Part shown: positions 1 through 13,173 of the stretch, piece after piece
How positions within the stretch are numbered: the first letter of the stretch is position 1
Layout: every line of letters starts with the position of its first letter
Source: Octopus sinensis
Taxonomy: Eukaryota
Assembly (NCBI RefSeq): GCF_006345805.1
Contig: NC_043008.1
Coordinates: 806,001-870,000 of the forward strand
Direction of reading: 5' to 3'
DNA length: 64,000 nucleotides
Notes under the pieces: generated by a model
What the model was told of the DNA's origin: nothing
The model's database searches: none
Seen by the model: only the letters and a program-made list of their open reading frames with translations
Program-made: the position numbers and the translations under genes

Positions 1-103
1 AAACACACACAAGCACACACACACACACACACATATGTTTATATATATATAAACATATATACACATACATATATATATATATATACATATATACATATAT
101 ATA

Positions 104-134
<31 letters not shown>

Positions 135-178
135 TATATACACACACACGTGAATATATATATTATATATATATATAT

Positions 179-259
<81 letters not shown>

Positions 260-280
260 CACACATATGCGTATATATAT
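1..280. repeat. (CA)n/(TA)n compound microsatellite
   Basis: Direct inspection. Confidence 0.95.
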
Positions 281-448
281 CGGTATTGTATATCAGATTT
301 TCGAATGTAAATCATAATTAATGCTTCTTTACCTATGCGACACACAGGACATATGTATATATATAGTATGTTAATAGCGATATATACATAAGCATATACA
401 TATATGTATTTCTCTCTCTTCTCTCTGTCTCTCTCTCTTAAACACTCT

Positions 449-484
<36 letters not shown>

Positions 485-1244
485 CATACCACACATTAGT
501 TAACTAAACGTGCACATGACCGCGCCACCAACACCATGTGAGAATTGCTATAAGACAAAAATAACGTAATAAATTGAAGAAAACGCAAAAGATATTATTC
601 CAGGAAAAAAAAAGCAAAGTAATGCCACACAGAAAATAAATATAAGGTAATGTAAGAAAATAGAGTTTTCGTCAATGGATAAAATAAAATATAAAGAAGA
701 CTGGCAGGAAACCAATGTGAAAACAAACCTGTCAAAATGGCGAGGTGTCATGGAAGACAACTATTTTGCTAAGTTGAGGTTTGCAGACGCCTCTTTCCAA
801 TTTACTATTACAATACAAGTATCCGAGAGAGGAAGTTGGTCATTGTGAATTTATATCATCTCTTACTAAAAATCGGTCTATACTTTTCTGAATAATAAAT
901 TAACTAAAGACAAAAATAAGGAAAATAAATGAAGAATTGATATATAAAAGTAAAAATAACAAAAGTTGATAAGCAAGTACTTAACGACGTTCATTTTAGC
1001 TGCAATAGGAAAATCAAAATAAATTGAAGAAGTCTGTAGTGGCATACGAAATTATATTCGGGAAGAAATTAATAGAAACCGCCTTGCCTCGCTGCAATTA
1101 AAACAATGCATTGGAAACTGATACGTTGCTACGACACAGACACACAGACACACACACACACACACACACACGTACGCAAACTGGCACATGCAAACACGCA
1201 CATGCAGACACACAAATATCATATGTGCGTGAGTATATAAATGT

Positions 1245-1263
1245 GTGCGTATAATATATATAC

Positions 1264-1294
<31 letters not shown>

Positions 1295-1364
1295 CATATA
1301 TATATACACACACACATATATATATATACATACATACTACATACACACACATACATATATACAT

Positions 1365-1395
<31 letters not shown>

Positions 1396-1451
1396 ATACA
1401 TATATGTATGCTTATGTATGTATCGCTATTTACACATGTATATACACATGT

Positions 1452-1490
<39 letters not shown>

Positions 1491-1522
1491 TATGTACATA
1501 TATATATATACATATATATGTA

Positions 1523-1596
<74 letters not shown>

Positions 1597-1815
1597 TGTG
1601 CGTGTGCGTCTGTATAATTGTGTACGTACAGAATATAAATAAACTCAAAATAAACAACGACCTCATCAATGAGACGTATGCAGAAATAACAGGAACTGCA
1701 GCTATGAAAACACTGAATAAAAACAATAAAGATAACAGAAATAATAATAATATAAGTAGTAGTAGTAGTAGTAGTAGTAATAATAATAATAATAGCAATA
1801 ATAATAATAATAATG

Positions 1816-1846
<31 letters not shown>

Positions 1847-1878
1847 CAACAACAACTATAATAATAATAATAATGATA

Positions 1879-1946
<68 letters not shown>
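1245..1946. repeat. (TA)n/(GA)n followed by (TAA)n/(TAG)n/(GAT)n microsatellite cluster
   Basis: Direct inspection; source of the poly-I/YI/D/H ORFs in the track. Confidence 0.95.
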
Positions 1947-1947
<1 letters not shown>

Positions 1948-2126
1948 GTGGTGAGAATAACGACCAACAATAACAATAAATCTACTTGAAATCAGAAGCG
2001 AATACAAAATTCTAAACAGTAAGAAAAACATTGAGAAACAAACTTCGGAAAACCTGTTGAGACTATCGGTCATAAATCGTTAAAGAACGCAGCATAAGGA
2101 ATCAAAACAACAACAACAACAACAAC

Positions 2127-2159
<33 letters not shown>

Positions 2160-2559
2160 AAGAAGAAGCACAAAGACAACAAACATGTTAATTAATTGGT
2201 CTTATTTGGCATTAGAGTGTCTCGTAGTGTTCGCCAAATCGACGTAGCAATTAATGTTAATCTGATGGAAATGAGAGATATCCTTTATTTATTTATTTCT
2301 TGTATATTATTATTTATACTTTTTCTGTGTTTCTTTTTTTTCTATCTTTATATTTAAATTGTGTTTCATTCATTATTTTTTTGTTTTTGTCAGGGTTTGA
2401 GACGTGAGATGTAAACTTACAGACTGAAGCAACTCAAGAGACATTGATATAGGGTAATAATAGCTACAAGAAGATTTGATGAAGAGAATACGAACAAATA
2501 CCACTGCGATTTCCTTAACTGTAAGAAATGGCAGCGAAATCATGAAATATAAGAACTAA

Positions 2560-2607
<48 letters not shown>

Positions 2608-2770
2608 TGTGTGTGTGTATTGATAAAAATGGAGAGACAACCATATAAGGAAAGAGACCTCGATATTATGTAAATAGAGGAATTTATCTGTAAATGTAAT
2701 ATGTGACAATTATTCGGTAGCCATGATAAAACTCCGAGTTTCAGATGCTTTGTATGAATGTAGTTAAATA

Positions 2771-2986
2771 TTCTTTTCTACACTAAGCACAAGGCCCGAA
2801 ATTTTTGGGGTGGGAGCCAGTCGATTAGATCGATCCCAGTACAAAACTAGTACATATTTAATCGATTCCGAAAGGATGCAGAGCAAAGTCGACCTCGGCG
2901 GAATTTGAACTCAGAACGTAACGGCAGACGAAACACCGCTAAGTATTTTGCCCGGCGTGCTAATGTTTCTGCCAGCTTGCCGCCTT
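2771..2986 (-). mobile_element. tRNA-derived SINE family A, short-tail form
   Basis: Reverse complement reads ggcggcaagctggcagaaac (A-box-like) ... gagttcaaattcc (B box) ... gccttgtgcttagtgtagaaaagaa tail; more than 10 related copies in the window. Confidence 0.9.
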
Positions 2987-3202
2987 GAATGCAGTTAAAT
3001 ATTGATACTGATACAACCAGATGTAGCATAGATGCAAATGATAATATAAGTGCATACTAGTTGAAATAAAGCCAACCTCACTATGGATTAGATAAGAATT
3101 AAAATATAAACACATTCTTTGTTCATCATCGATATAGAAAGAGTTTAAATTTTAAATTATATTTAATCTAGAGTGACGCTTTATAATATTTTAGATTACT
3201 GT

Positions 3203-3476
3203 AAAGCGACGAGCTTGGCAGAATCGTAGCATTTCGTCTGTGTTTATGTTCTCAGTTCAAATTCCACCGAAGTTCACTTTGCCTTTTATCATTTCTGGGA
3301 CAAAAAAATAAATACCAGTTGAATACTAGGGTCTATGTAGGATTAGACTAGGGTTAGTGTTAGACACGCAAACACATTATGTATTTTATTTTCAGAGAGT
3401 TTTTAGTATTTACATAGCCTAACCCTTACGCACTTACCAAAAGTTACTGGCCTTGTGCCAAAACTTGAAACCAATG
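3203..3476 (+). mobile_element. SINE family A, degenerate and interrupted copy
   Basis: gcgacgagcttggcagaatcg...cagttcaaattccacc...; tail ggccttgtgccaaaacttgaaacc. Confidence 0.7.
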
Positions 3477-4147
3477 TACTAATGTAACCTTACAATTTTA
3501 TCATATGTTGTGCATGTGTACTATTATATATGATACGGTTGTACTGGGTTGTTAGATAAACTCTATCGATTCTATTCATTGCTATTGAAATTAATACGGA
3601 AGATAAATCTGTCGTAGTGGTTAATGGTCTTGTTTTGAAGTTTTATTTCCCTCAACAAATTTCGTTTCTCTGTTTTGAAATTTTAATAGATTTTTCTACA
3701 CATTTGACATATGACGATAGAGAGCCAAGTTAAAAACAAAAATAAAAAGCAAATAAACAAAGAAAAAAAACCGAACATTTTTGGACATCTGCTTCTCTTC
3801 GCTTTTAATTAAGGTTGAAATCTGATAAAACTGTTCCAGACAGTGTACAGAGGAGCTATTATTGACAAGAAAGCACAACTATTTTCACACTTCAAGGAAG
3901 GAGGGTGGGTGGGTAGAAATTCGGCTTCACACACACTCCGCATTCCGACCTACGAATGAGAATAGATTGAACTAGTTCATCCGCATCAAGCCACTAGCGC
4001 AATCCAAATGGAATGCTATGGCACCGGCACCGGTTACCTTCATTTGATGCGAAAGATATAGAAGCTCGGTGTATGGGAACTATATGCACTGAACGAAAGA
4101 AACATATACAATCACCGCTAGTTTGCTCTCCCGGCACTGGACTACAC

Positions 4148-4199
<52 letters not shown>

Positions 4200-4220
4200 A
4201 CACACACACACAAACACACA

Positions 4221-4261
<41 letters not shown>

Positions 4262-4304
4262 TAGCCATTTTATTTTCAATGAGTTTTTAGCATCTACATA
4301 GTCT

Positions 4305-4521
4305 AAGGCGGCGAGCTGGCAGAGACGTTAACGCGTCGATCGAAACGTTTAGCAGTATTTCGTCTGTCTTTACGTTCTGAGCTCAAATTCCGCAGACGTA
4401 GACTTTACCTTTCATCGTTTCAGGGTCAATAAATTAAGTACCAGTTCCGAACTAGGGTCGATCTAATCGACTGGCCTCTTCCCCCAAAATTTCGAGCCTT
4501 GTGCCTAAAATAGAAAAGAAT
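4305..4521 (+). mobile_element. SINE family A, short-tail form (a second head fragment follows at about 4536-4567)
   Basis: aaggcggcgagctggcagag...gagctcaaattccgc...ccccaaaatttcgagccttgtgcctaaaatagaaaagaat. Confidence 0.9.
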
Positions 4522-5211
4522 ATATTCTACAGATTAAGGCGGCGAGCTAGCAGAATCGTTTGCACGTAGAATGTAGATAAAGAATAGTATAGAGGCAATC
4601 AAGGCGTTTAAATATATTAGTTCTGCCATTAACGCTTGAGAGAAGCTGACTTCCAAGGAAAAGTCCCCGCATCAGACCTGGAACTTAATGGTTTTTGGTA
4701 AATCAGCCCACGATCTCATAAAACGACACTAAATTTCTGGAAAAAAGAGGACCAACTACATTGTTGTTCATACACAACTAAATTAGACGACAAACATCGC
4801 CGAACTATAGCGTAATAACAACCAAACACCTTTAGGCAGTAGGTGGCTGGTTGGTTCATATAGTTTAGACATAGTATGTCCGAAAGAGAGAGAGAGAGAG
4901 AGGGAGAGAGAAAAAAGTTCTCTGTTTAGGTCTGTAAATGATTTTGATCACAGATCTGTGAGATTAGGAGTGACCTGGCGTTAAAACAAAACAAAACCAA
5001 GACTAAATTCTAATTTATCGTCGACAGAATTTCCTTAAATTCTGATGCCAAGAAAAAAAATATTATAAAAAGGAAAGAAGCAATTTAGAAAATGCAACTT
5101 AATTTACAAGACAATTTGCATATTGGTTTCTTGTTTGACACTGTTTAGAATTTATTAGTACAGCAACATAGTATATATACATACATGCATACAAACATCC
5201 GTCCATATATA

Positions 5212-5259
<48 letters not shown>

Positions 5260-5306
5260 TATTTGGAATGGATAACTAGATAACTATACAATTCAGTAAA
5301 GAACAG

Positions 5307-5338
<32 letters not shown>

Positions 5339-5772
5339 AAATACATGTAGTTCTGTTGGAATGTAAGCCGGAAGATATACGAACATTTCGGCGACCATCC
5401 AAATAACCGTTCTTTTTTTTTCATTTAAGTTCCCCTGAGAGTTCGGTACACATCTGACCCAATGGTTCTGAGAAGCAATTAATGGCTGGCTCATAGGAGT
5501 GTCTGTTCATGTCCCTCGACTAAGAGTAGTAATCGTTAAAAAATTACACGCATGATTATCATAGTATATGAATTAAGAAAATCTAAAATGGAGGTTATAC
5601 CTAGAATGTTTGAAGCGTATGTTCTTTCTATAGAAGAACGCTTGATTTAAAATAATTCGAAAAGAACAGCGGATTTAAGTGCGGTAGAGCTGAGTTGAGT
5701 AAAATAGTGCAGAGGACGGAGAATGGGGAGTGAATCGGGGAGATACGAAATGTGAAAGAATTTTATGTAAAA

Positions 5773-6169
5773 CTAGCAGTATCGCCCGGCGTTGCTCGGG
5801 TTTGTAAGGGAAATAACTATATAAGCATTTTTAGAGAGTTATAGCAAAAAAATAGCAAAAAATGCATTAAAAATGGAAAAAAAATGATGGTAAATTTTTT
5901 TTTTAAATCGTTGACTCCTCGTAGACATTTTTAGAGAGTTACTTCCCTTATATAATAGCGAAAAAATGCATTAAAATGGAAAAAAATGATGGTAATCTTT
6001 TTTTAAATCGTAGACTCATCGTAGACGCGCGCTAATACCCAGAAGGGCTCGATATGAATCACGACTATAAGATACCCGGTTTTGGTTAAACTGCACCGCA
6101 AAATGTGGGAGTAGTTAGGAATCTAAATCGTAGGAGACAGACACAAAACTTCACTTTTATATATAAAGA
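5773..6169 (-). mobile_element. Non-autonomous Helitron
   Basis: On the minus strand it starts TC (TCtttatatataaaag) and ends with hairpin cccgagcaacgccggg then ...CTAG; it sits between host A and T with no TSD and has an internal ~100 bp tandem duplication. Confidence 0.85.
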
Positions 6170-6198
6170 TATGATAAGAGTATAATTTTTAAATGGAA

Positions 6199-6740
6199 GA
6201 AGGCGGTGAGCTGGCAGAAACGTTAGCACGCCGGGTGAAAGGCTTAGCGGCATTTCATCTGAGTTCAAATTCCGCCGAGGTTGATTTTGCCTTTCATCCT
6301 TTCGGAGTTAATTAAATAAGTACCAGTTACGCACTGGAGTCGATGTAATCGACTTAATTCGTTTATCTGTACTTGTTTGTCCTCTCTGTGTTAGCCCTTT
6401 GTGGTTAGTAAAGAAATAGGTATTTCGTCTGCCGCTACGTGCTGAGTTCAAATTCCGCTGAAGTCGACTTTGACTTTCATCCTTTCGAGGTCGATTAAAT
6501 GAGTACCAGTTACGCACTGATTCGATATAATCGACTTAATCCGTTAGTCTCTCCTAGTTTGTCCTCTCTGCGTTTAGCTCCTTGTGGGTAGTAAAAAAAT
6601 AAGTATTTCATCTGAGTTCAAATTCTGCCGCGGTCAACTTTACCTTTCATCCTTTCGGGGTCGATAAATTAAGTACCAGTTGCGTACTGGCTACCCCTCC
6701 CCCAAAATTTCGAGCCTTGTGCCTCGAGTAGAAAAGAATA
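6199..6740 (+). mobile_element. SINE family A head-to-tail trimer (two long tails, final short tail)
   Basis: Units at about 6199-6420, 6421-6603 and 6604-6740; whole array flanked by direct repeat tttaaatgga (6188-6197, 6741-6750). Confidence 0.9.
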
Positions 6741-6867
6741 TTTAAATGGAGAGAATTGAAGTGTAACGAAAGTGTAATTATGATATTTGAGAGGAGGAGG
6801 GAGAACAGAAATGCAACATGGCGGAATGTAAACTATGGTAGTGTAATATTTGGGTTGAGGTAAGGAG

Positions 6868-7041
6868 ATGAGCTGGATGAAACCACGCCGGGCAAAAAGC
6901 TTAGCAGCATTTTGTCCGTCATTACGTTCTGAGTTCAAGGTTGACTTAACCTTTCATCCTCTTGGGGTCGATAAAATAAGTACCATTTGAGCATCTACTC
7001 CCATGAAATTGCTGGCCTTGTGCCAAAATTTGAAAGCAATA
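6868..7041 (+). mobile_element. SINE family A, degenerate
   Basis: gagctgg...cacgccgggcaaaaagcttagc...ttctgagttcaa...ggccttgtgccaaaatttgaaa. Confidence 0.8.
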
Positions 7042-7084
7042 TTTGGGTTAAGAGAAGGAGGAAGGATTGAAACATAACGACGCC

Positions 7085-7560
7085 GCTTCATTCTCAATCC
7101 CCCCACCTCCACTCACCCACATTCTCATTCCTACTCATTAATACTCCACTTCGCACCATTTCATCTTTTCCTCAATCCATCTCGCTCTACTGACCTCATC
7201 CGCAACTTCACTCCATTCCGACTCACCTCACCTTTACTCAAGCTCACCATTCTTTTTCACTGCTACTACACATCACTCTACTCCACTTCATTCTCAGTCC
7301 AACTCATCTCTACTCCGCTTCCCTTTCACTCCACTTCACCTTTACTCCACTTCCGCCCTACTCCATTGCACCCAGACAACCTTTCTTCCCTCTACCTCAC
7401 TTTCACTCCTCCACATCCTCTACTCCGCCTCACACCTCTATCTCACCCATACTCCACTCTACTGTTACGTTATTATACTCCATCTCACGCTACATCACTC
7501 CACTCCATCCATTTTACAACACACATCTCTTCACCTCCACTCACCACACTACACTGTTGC
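7085..7560. repeat. Degenerate (CACTC/CTCCA)n G-poor low-complexity tract
   Basis: Near-absence of G with recurring ctccac/actca units. Confidence 0.75.
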
Positions 7561-7569
7561 ATTACTATA

Positions 7570-7778
7570 TATTTCTTTACTACCAACAAGGGGCTAAACA
7601 CAGAGGGGACAAACAAGGACAGACAAACGGATTAAGTCGATTATATCGACCCCAGTGCATAACTGGTACTTAATTTATCGAATCCGAAACGATGAAAGGC
7701 AAAGTCGACCTCGGCGGAATTTGAACGCAGAACGTAACGTCTACGCATTTCGCCCGGCGTGCTAACGTTTCTGCCAGC
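7570..7778 (-). mobile_element. SINE family A, long-tail form
   Basis: Reverse complement ends ...tctgtgtttagccccttgttggtagtaaagaaat. Confidence 0.9.
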
Positions 7779-8862
7779 AGTACTACATGCTATCTTCTCT
7801 TTCTAACTCGTAAAATTTCTCTACTACACCATTATATTCCACTGCAGCCTACCAAACTCAACCCGCAACACATCCAAATATATTCCATTCGCTTCCATAC
7901 CCTTTCAGTCTCCTTTAGCCTTCCATACACACCAAAACACTACTCCACTCCACTTTACGAGATCACTGCTGTCATATATAATATTACAGTAGAAACCAAG
8001 GTGAATTAAAACTTCACAATAAACAGTTTTAAACTTTACAATAAAGTATATTTTCTTATCTTTTCTTATTCGACATTTTGCTTTCTCATATTTTTTCCTT
8101 AACAAAAAATAAATTCTATTTATCGAATTCTTGATTTCATTTTCGTGTGTTGAATACCTCTTTGTTTGTTTCTGTATGTTTTATATTTCATAAAATATTT
8201 TTTTAATATTATTATATTATATTTACGTGGCTTCCTATATTTTTATCACAATTCTGGTTGTTTTTTTTACGTATTTTTATCTACTATTGATTTTGAGGCA
8301 ATATAAAAAAAAACCAAATAAATAAACAAAAAAAAAATCAGCAAAAAATCGAAAATCAAATACGACTCTCCCTAAAAGCGCAATCTGAACGAAGAATAGA
8401 AGTTTAACTGTGGCTTATTATATTCTCAAATGTAAATAGATTTATTGATCTGCAAGCTACATCTTAACCTATTTTGAAATTCATGGAATCTGGCTCTTTT
8501 ATACGACTTATTCTGTGAGTGTCACATACAATAGAGCAATAGATTTTTGGAAGATTGACATGTGGCTGCATGGGCTGCGACGAAAATATAAAGCATAATC
8601 CCAAGAAGTGAACAATTATGTTGCATGGAATAAACAAAATGGTATTTTTGAAAAAAATGAATACGCAAGAAGGCAGGACACATAGATATGTATGCGAGTA
8701 TGTATGCGCATATGTATATATAAGTATTCATATATATATATATATATATATTACATATATATATATATATGAATATATATATATATACATATATATACAT
8801 ATATATGAATATATATATATATATATATACATACATATATATGAATATATATATATATACAT

Positions 8863-8917
<55 letters not shown>

Positions 8918-9412
8918 TATATGTATATATGCATCCACATACACAGGCACACAAATATATATATAACGCACTCATATATAACTAAGTATACACAAAACTA
9001 AATTATAGCGAAGAAAGGAGGGAAAAGATGGAAGCTATTGTGACGAACTAACAAAGACGTTCATTACAAATGGTTTATAGTGGTTGTAGACGGAATAAGA
9101 GGCGAACCAGAAAGAGAAGAATTTTGAAACAATGATACAAAGCATCAATACACATTCAGGTACTCAAAGACATACAGGCGCATGTATGTATACTTGACAA
9201 ATATTTATACTCGTACATACACATATGTCTTTACTGTATTGATTGATAAACAGCATACATTTCCTTACATATTTGCAAATTTAAGCATATGTACAGCATT
9301 CGTACATAATACGTGCACACACGATCGCGCTCACGAACACAGAGAAACGCACATACATACACACAAATATATACACGCACATAATAGGTAGAGAGACAAA
9401 CAAACTGTCATG

Positions 9413-9479
<67 letters not shown>

Positions 9480-9527
9480 CGCGTGTGCGTGTGTACGTAT
9501 ACATATACATATACTTATATATACATA

Positions 9528-9942
9528 CAGGTATGGCTGCGTGGTAAGAAGCTTGCTTCTCAACAGCATACTTCTGAGTTCAGTCCCACTGCGTGGAACC
9601 TTGGCCAAGTGTTTTCTGCTATAGCCTCGGGCCGACCAAGGCCCAGTGAAGTGAATTTGGCAGATGGAAACTGAAAGAAGCCCGTCGTATATATGTATGT
9701 GTGTGAGTGTGTGTGTGTGTGTATGTCTCATTGTGTCTGTGTTTGTCCTCCCACCACCGATTGACAACCGATGCCGGTGTGTTTACGTCCCCGTAACTTA
9801 ACTGTTTGGCAAAAGAGACCGATAGAATACGTATCAGGCTTATAAAATAGATAATAAATACTGATGTCGATCCATTCGGCTACTAATTCTTCTAGGTGGT
9901 GCCCCAGTAGGGCCGCAGTCTGAAGCACGCAAAAGGTAAAAG
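9528..9942 (+). mobile_element. tRNA-derived CORE-type SINE family B, near full length
   Basis: tggctgcgtggtaagaag (A box) ... gagttcagtccc (B box) ... accttggccaagtg (CORE-like); internal (TG)n; tail ggtggtgccccagtagggccgcagtc. Confidence 0.85.
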
Positions 9943-10111
9943 TCTGTCTTTCTCTCTGTCTGTTTCTCTCTCTCTATCTCTCTATCTTATCTATCTATCT
10001 ATCCATCTAAGTGTATGCATTTAAATATGTATATGTATTTATACATTTTGTGTGCGTATATTTGTTTCCTTGTATAACGTCTCCTTGCACCCATCTTTTT
10101 ACAACTTTGAA

Positions 10112-10279
10112 AGCATACTGTCTGTCTTTACGTTCAGAGTTCGAATTCCATTGAGATTGACTTTGCCTTTCATTCTTTCGAGATCGATAAAATAAATAAC
10201 AGACGATTGGTGGGGTCGATGCAATCGTCTTACTCCATCTGCCGAAATTACTGGCCCTGTGCCTAAATTTAAAAGTAAT
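10112..10279 (+). mobile_element. SINE family A, 5'-truncated
   Basis: tctgtctttacgttcagagttcgaattcc...gactttgcctttcat...ggccctgtgcctaaa. Confidence 0.75.
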
Positions 10280-10303
10280 ATTTTTAATAAGCCATTCCAT
10301 TAA

Positions 10304-10580
10304 CTTGGCTGTAAGTCTTGAGTTCATTCCCCAATTTGTTCCTAATTGTCTCCACAATCCTTAAGGGCTAGCTGTGCATGCAAAAAATAAAGGGAACACA
10401 AAGCATATCTTATCATTTCGCTTACAGACAGAAGTTATTGGCTGTAAACCTTGAGTTCATTCCACAATTTGTCCTTAATTGTCTCCACAATCTTTAAGGG
10501 CTAACCTTGACTATAAAAAGTAAAGGGAACACAAAGCATAACTTATCATTTCACTAATAGACAGAAGGTATTGGTTGTAG
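10304..10580. repeat. Tandem duplication, ~133 bp unit, about 2.1 copies
   Basis: ttggctgtaa...cttgagttcatt...taagggcta...aaagggaacacaaagcata...acagaag starts at about 10304 and 10437. Confidence 0.9.
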
Positions 10581-11822
10581 ACGTTAACTTAACATTTCAC
10601 TAATAGAAGTTATACAACTAACTATATTATTTAAAATTTTTTAAAAGAGCTTTTTATACTTAATTAAAGTTTGCTACTGTACAGTTGAGTTTGGATGCTG
10701 CTAAGATCCGATCTATCTGATCTGATCATTCTCCTGTCCCTGGCTTACATTTTTACAGCAATGTCAATTAAATGGCTTCAGTTGTTTCTTTCTTTACTGA
10801 GAAGTAAAACATCTTTTGATAAGTGAAAAATGTCGACAGGTAGGATATAAAGTGAAATAAAGCTTAGAAACCACATATTTGATAAAAAAAAAGCGAAAAT
10901 AAGGTAAAATGAAAACGTGAGATGTAGAGATATAGAAGGTGAGAAAGATTAGAAAGAGATTCAATTAAAAATAAGTAGACAGTAAAATGATAACGGAACT
11001 GTTAATGGAGAAATTTTATGATGGCGTTCCCTGTGCCTGGCTAGAAAATAGAATTTGCTTTGAAATATATCAACACGAAAAGGAAAACTAAAAAGAAAAA
11101 ATACTACTATTAATGCAATGTTAAATATGAATCCATAAACACACAAGGGATAATTTTCAGGTAATCAAATCCGACATTTAAAACTCGAGTGGAAAGATAA
11201 TGTAGGTGAAACCATATGCTGCAAATAATGTAAGAATTAATTTAGTACCCGACAAACAGATATAATAACAGCTTGCTCGGTGACAGTTTTGAAGTATAGT
11301 AATCTTTGAGCGCAATAAACTATGGTATCGTTATGTTGTCAATAAACACAAGGAAAGAAAACTTTTATAAAAGGCTGACGAAAAGAAAAAAGAAAACACA
11401 GAAAGAAATGAAAGGGAAAAAGGAAAAATATCTTACACTGCAAACGTTAAAGGAAGACATTTCGTTTTTTTTTTCCTCCCTCAGAAAATTAAAACTTCTC
11501 CATAGATGTGACAGCGAATATTTTTATTTCGGAAAATAAAGTTTTATTAAAGAGTCCTTCATTAATCCCTGTTTCAGTATTTTAAAAGGAAAGAGTTTAG
11601 ATTCTGACAGATCCTATGGAGGAGATGCCTGGAGACTCTAACTCCTCATCCCTCACAGGAAGAATAAGTCACACGATGAACGGATTGAAGGTGCATTAAT
11701 ACAACGCATTCCATAAGTGAAGAAAATATTTATTTTTAAATAATACATACATATCATGTATGTCTATACATATATATTCACAAACAAAACTCACACACAC
11801 ACACACACACATACGTACATAC

Positions 11823-11857
<35 letters not shown>

Positions 11858-11861
11858 TAGG

Positions 11862-12033
11862 TAGCCACTCGACACATTTTTTCTCTCCTTGTTTCTTTCT
11901 GTGTTCCTTTATGTGGAAGGGTGTAGGCTCGAAACGTAAAATACTTTTTCAATTCCTGAGCGTTATACTAATACATCTGTTTGTTTTCTATACAACCTGT
12001 CTTCGCCTTTTGTTTTTACGTGAATTCTCCCCA

Positions 12034-12035
<2 letters not shown>
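11862..12035 (+). mobile_element. Short Penelope-pLTR-like element with decayed hammerhead-like motif, inside (TA)n
   Basis: tttATGTGGAagggtgtaggctcGAAACGTAaaa followed by ttcctgagcgt..aatac; related to copies at about 35880, 39480 and 57190. Confidence 0.6.
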
Positions 12036-12094
<59 letters not shown>

Positions 12095-12304
12095 GTATAA
12101 TATAATATAAAGTATCTTGCATTTTTTGCATAGTAACAAACTAACCTTCATAATTTTATTGAATTAGGTCCATATTTTGTCATAAAAGGTAAAAATGTTA
12201 CTATTGATCTATTTTATTCAGGGTTGGCAGTGTCTTACTTGTCTACCCAGGCAGCACATCATCTGCTTATACAATATTTACAAAAATGGTAAAACAGTCG
12301 AGCA

Positions 12305-12915
12305 CCCGCCACTTCTCGACTTTCTACTGAGCATCACAGGAAGAGAGGAAAACCAATTTTGATTTCTACGTGAAAGCAGTCAGCATTGACCTAGGCATAC
12401 TTTACGTCACCCCTTTCTATCTGTGCCAAAACTAGATACATGCGTAAGGAAATCGCCCATATCCAAGACAAGTGCAGTAATACCAGGAAGCGGATTACCC
12501 ACTCACCACCATTACTCAGAAGCATTGAGAATCAATTTTTATCAGGCCGAGGTCAAGGCTCCGTAACATGAAGACGAAGCTCATCTTACAAATCGGCGAG
12601 CAATTACTTCTTGAAGACACACACTTCAATGAAGAGGCAACCGCTGATACGTGCAGCTCTATTTACAGAGGACTCGACGTACGTTTTGCCGTTTCAGAAA
12701 TATCTACCGACAAACCACCCCCGCAGCGACTGCTATCGAAGCATATTGATCAACAGCTCCATCCGTGACACAATCAATTGGCGATGCATAGATGTTGTCT
12801 ACCTGAAACAATGTAACAAGTGTGGCGATTATTATGCTTGCGACACAGTTCGAGCTTTGCACATCCGGTTGAAGCAGTATTTCACAATATGAGCATTTTC
12901 TTGTTGGAAACACAA
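12305..12915 (+). pseudogene. Decayed Penelope-like retroelement fragment (RT C-terminus plus GIY-YIG endonuclease)
   Basis: Frameshifted PLLDFLLSI / FDFYVKA / YFTSPLSICAKTRYMRKEIAHIQDKCS, then TINWRCIDVVYLKQCNKCGDYYACDTVRALHIRLKQ, matching the PLE GIY-YIG pattern VVY-x2-CxxC-x2-YIGETxRxLxxRxxEH. Confidence 0.75.
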
Positions 12916-13173
12916 AGAAATTCTACAACAACAACAATACTATATCCGCTTCCATCCTAGAAACACGGCGTAAGCAATTTGCAGCTCAAGAAAAAAAAAT
13001 AAAAACAAGACAAAACAAAACAGAAAAGAAAAGAAGCATTCTCATTCTAAACACAAAGATTTTCGAGATCAGAGTGGAGTCAATGGCTGGCATAATCTGT
13101 TACCATGGATACCACTGTTGCTCTCATGACAGCCGCTGGCAATGTTTCTGTTGCTACTGTAATTATTAGCGCA

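Noticed and set aside
1052-2073. Long ORFs rich in YI, I, H, D or CV (and similar ORFs throughout the track)
   Set aside because: They are translations of di-, tri- and tetranucleotide microsatellites that lack stops; no domain signal.
2394-2453. Plus-strand exon-like segment with good acceptor and gtaata donor
   Set aside because: Stops in all three frames; could only be non-coding and has no other support.
6199-6740. CRISPR-like or tRNA gene array
   Set aside because: Units are SINE bodies with no unique spacers; heads have A/B boxes but no complete cloverleaf.
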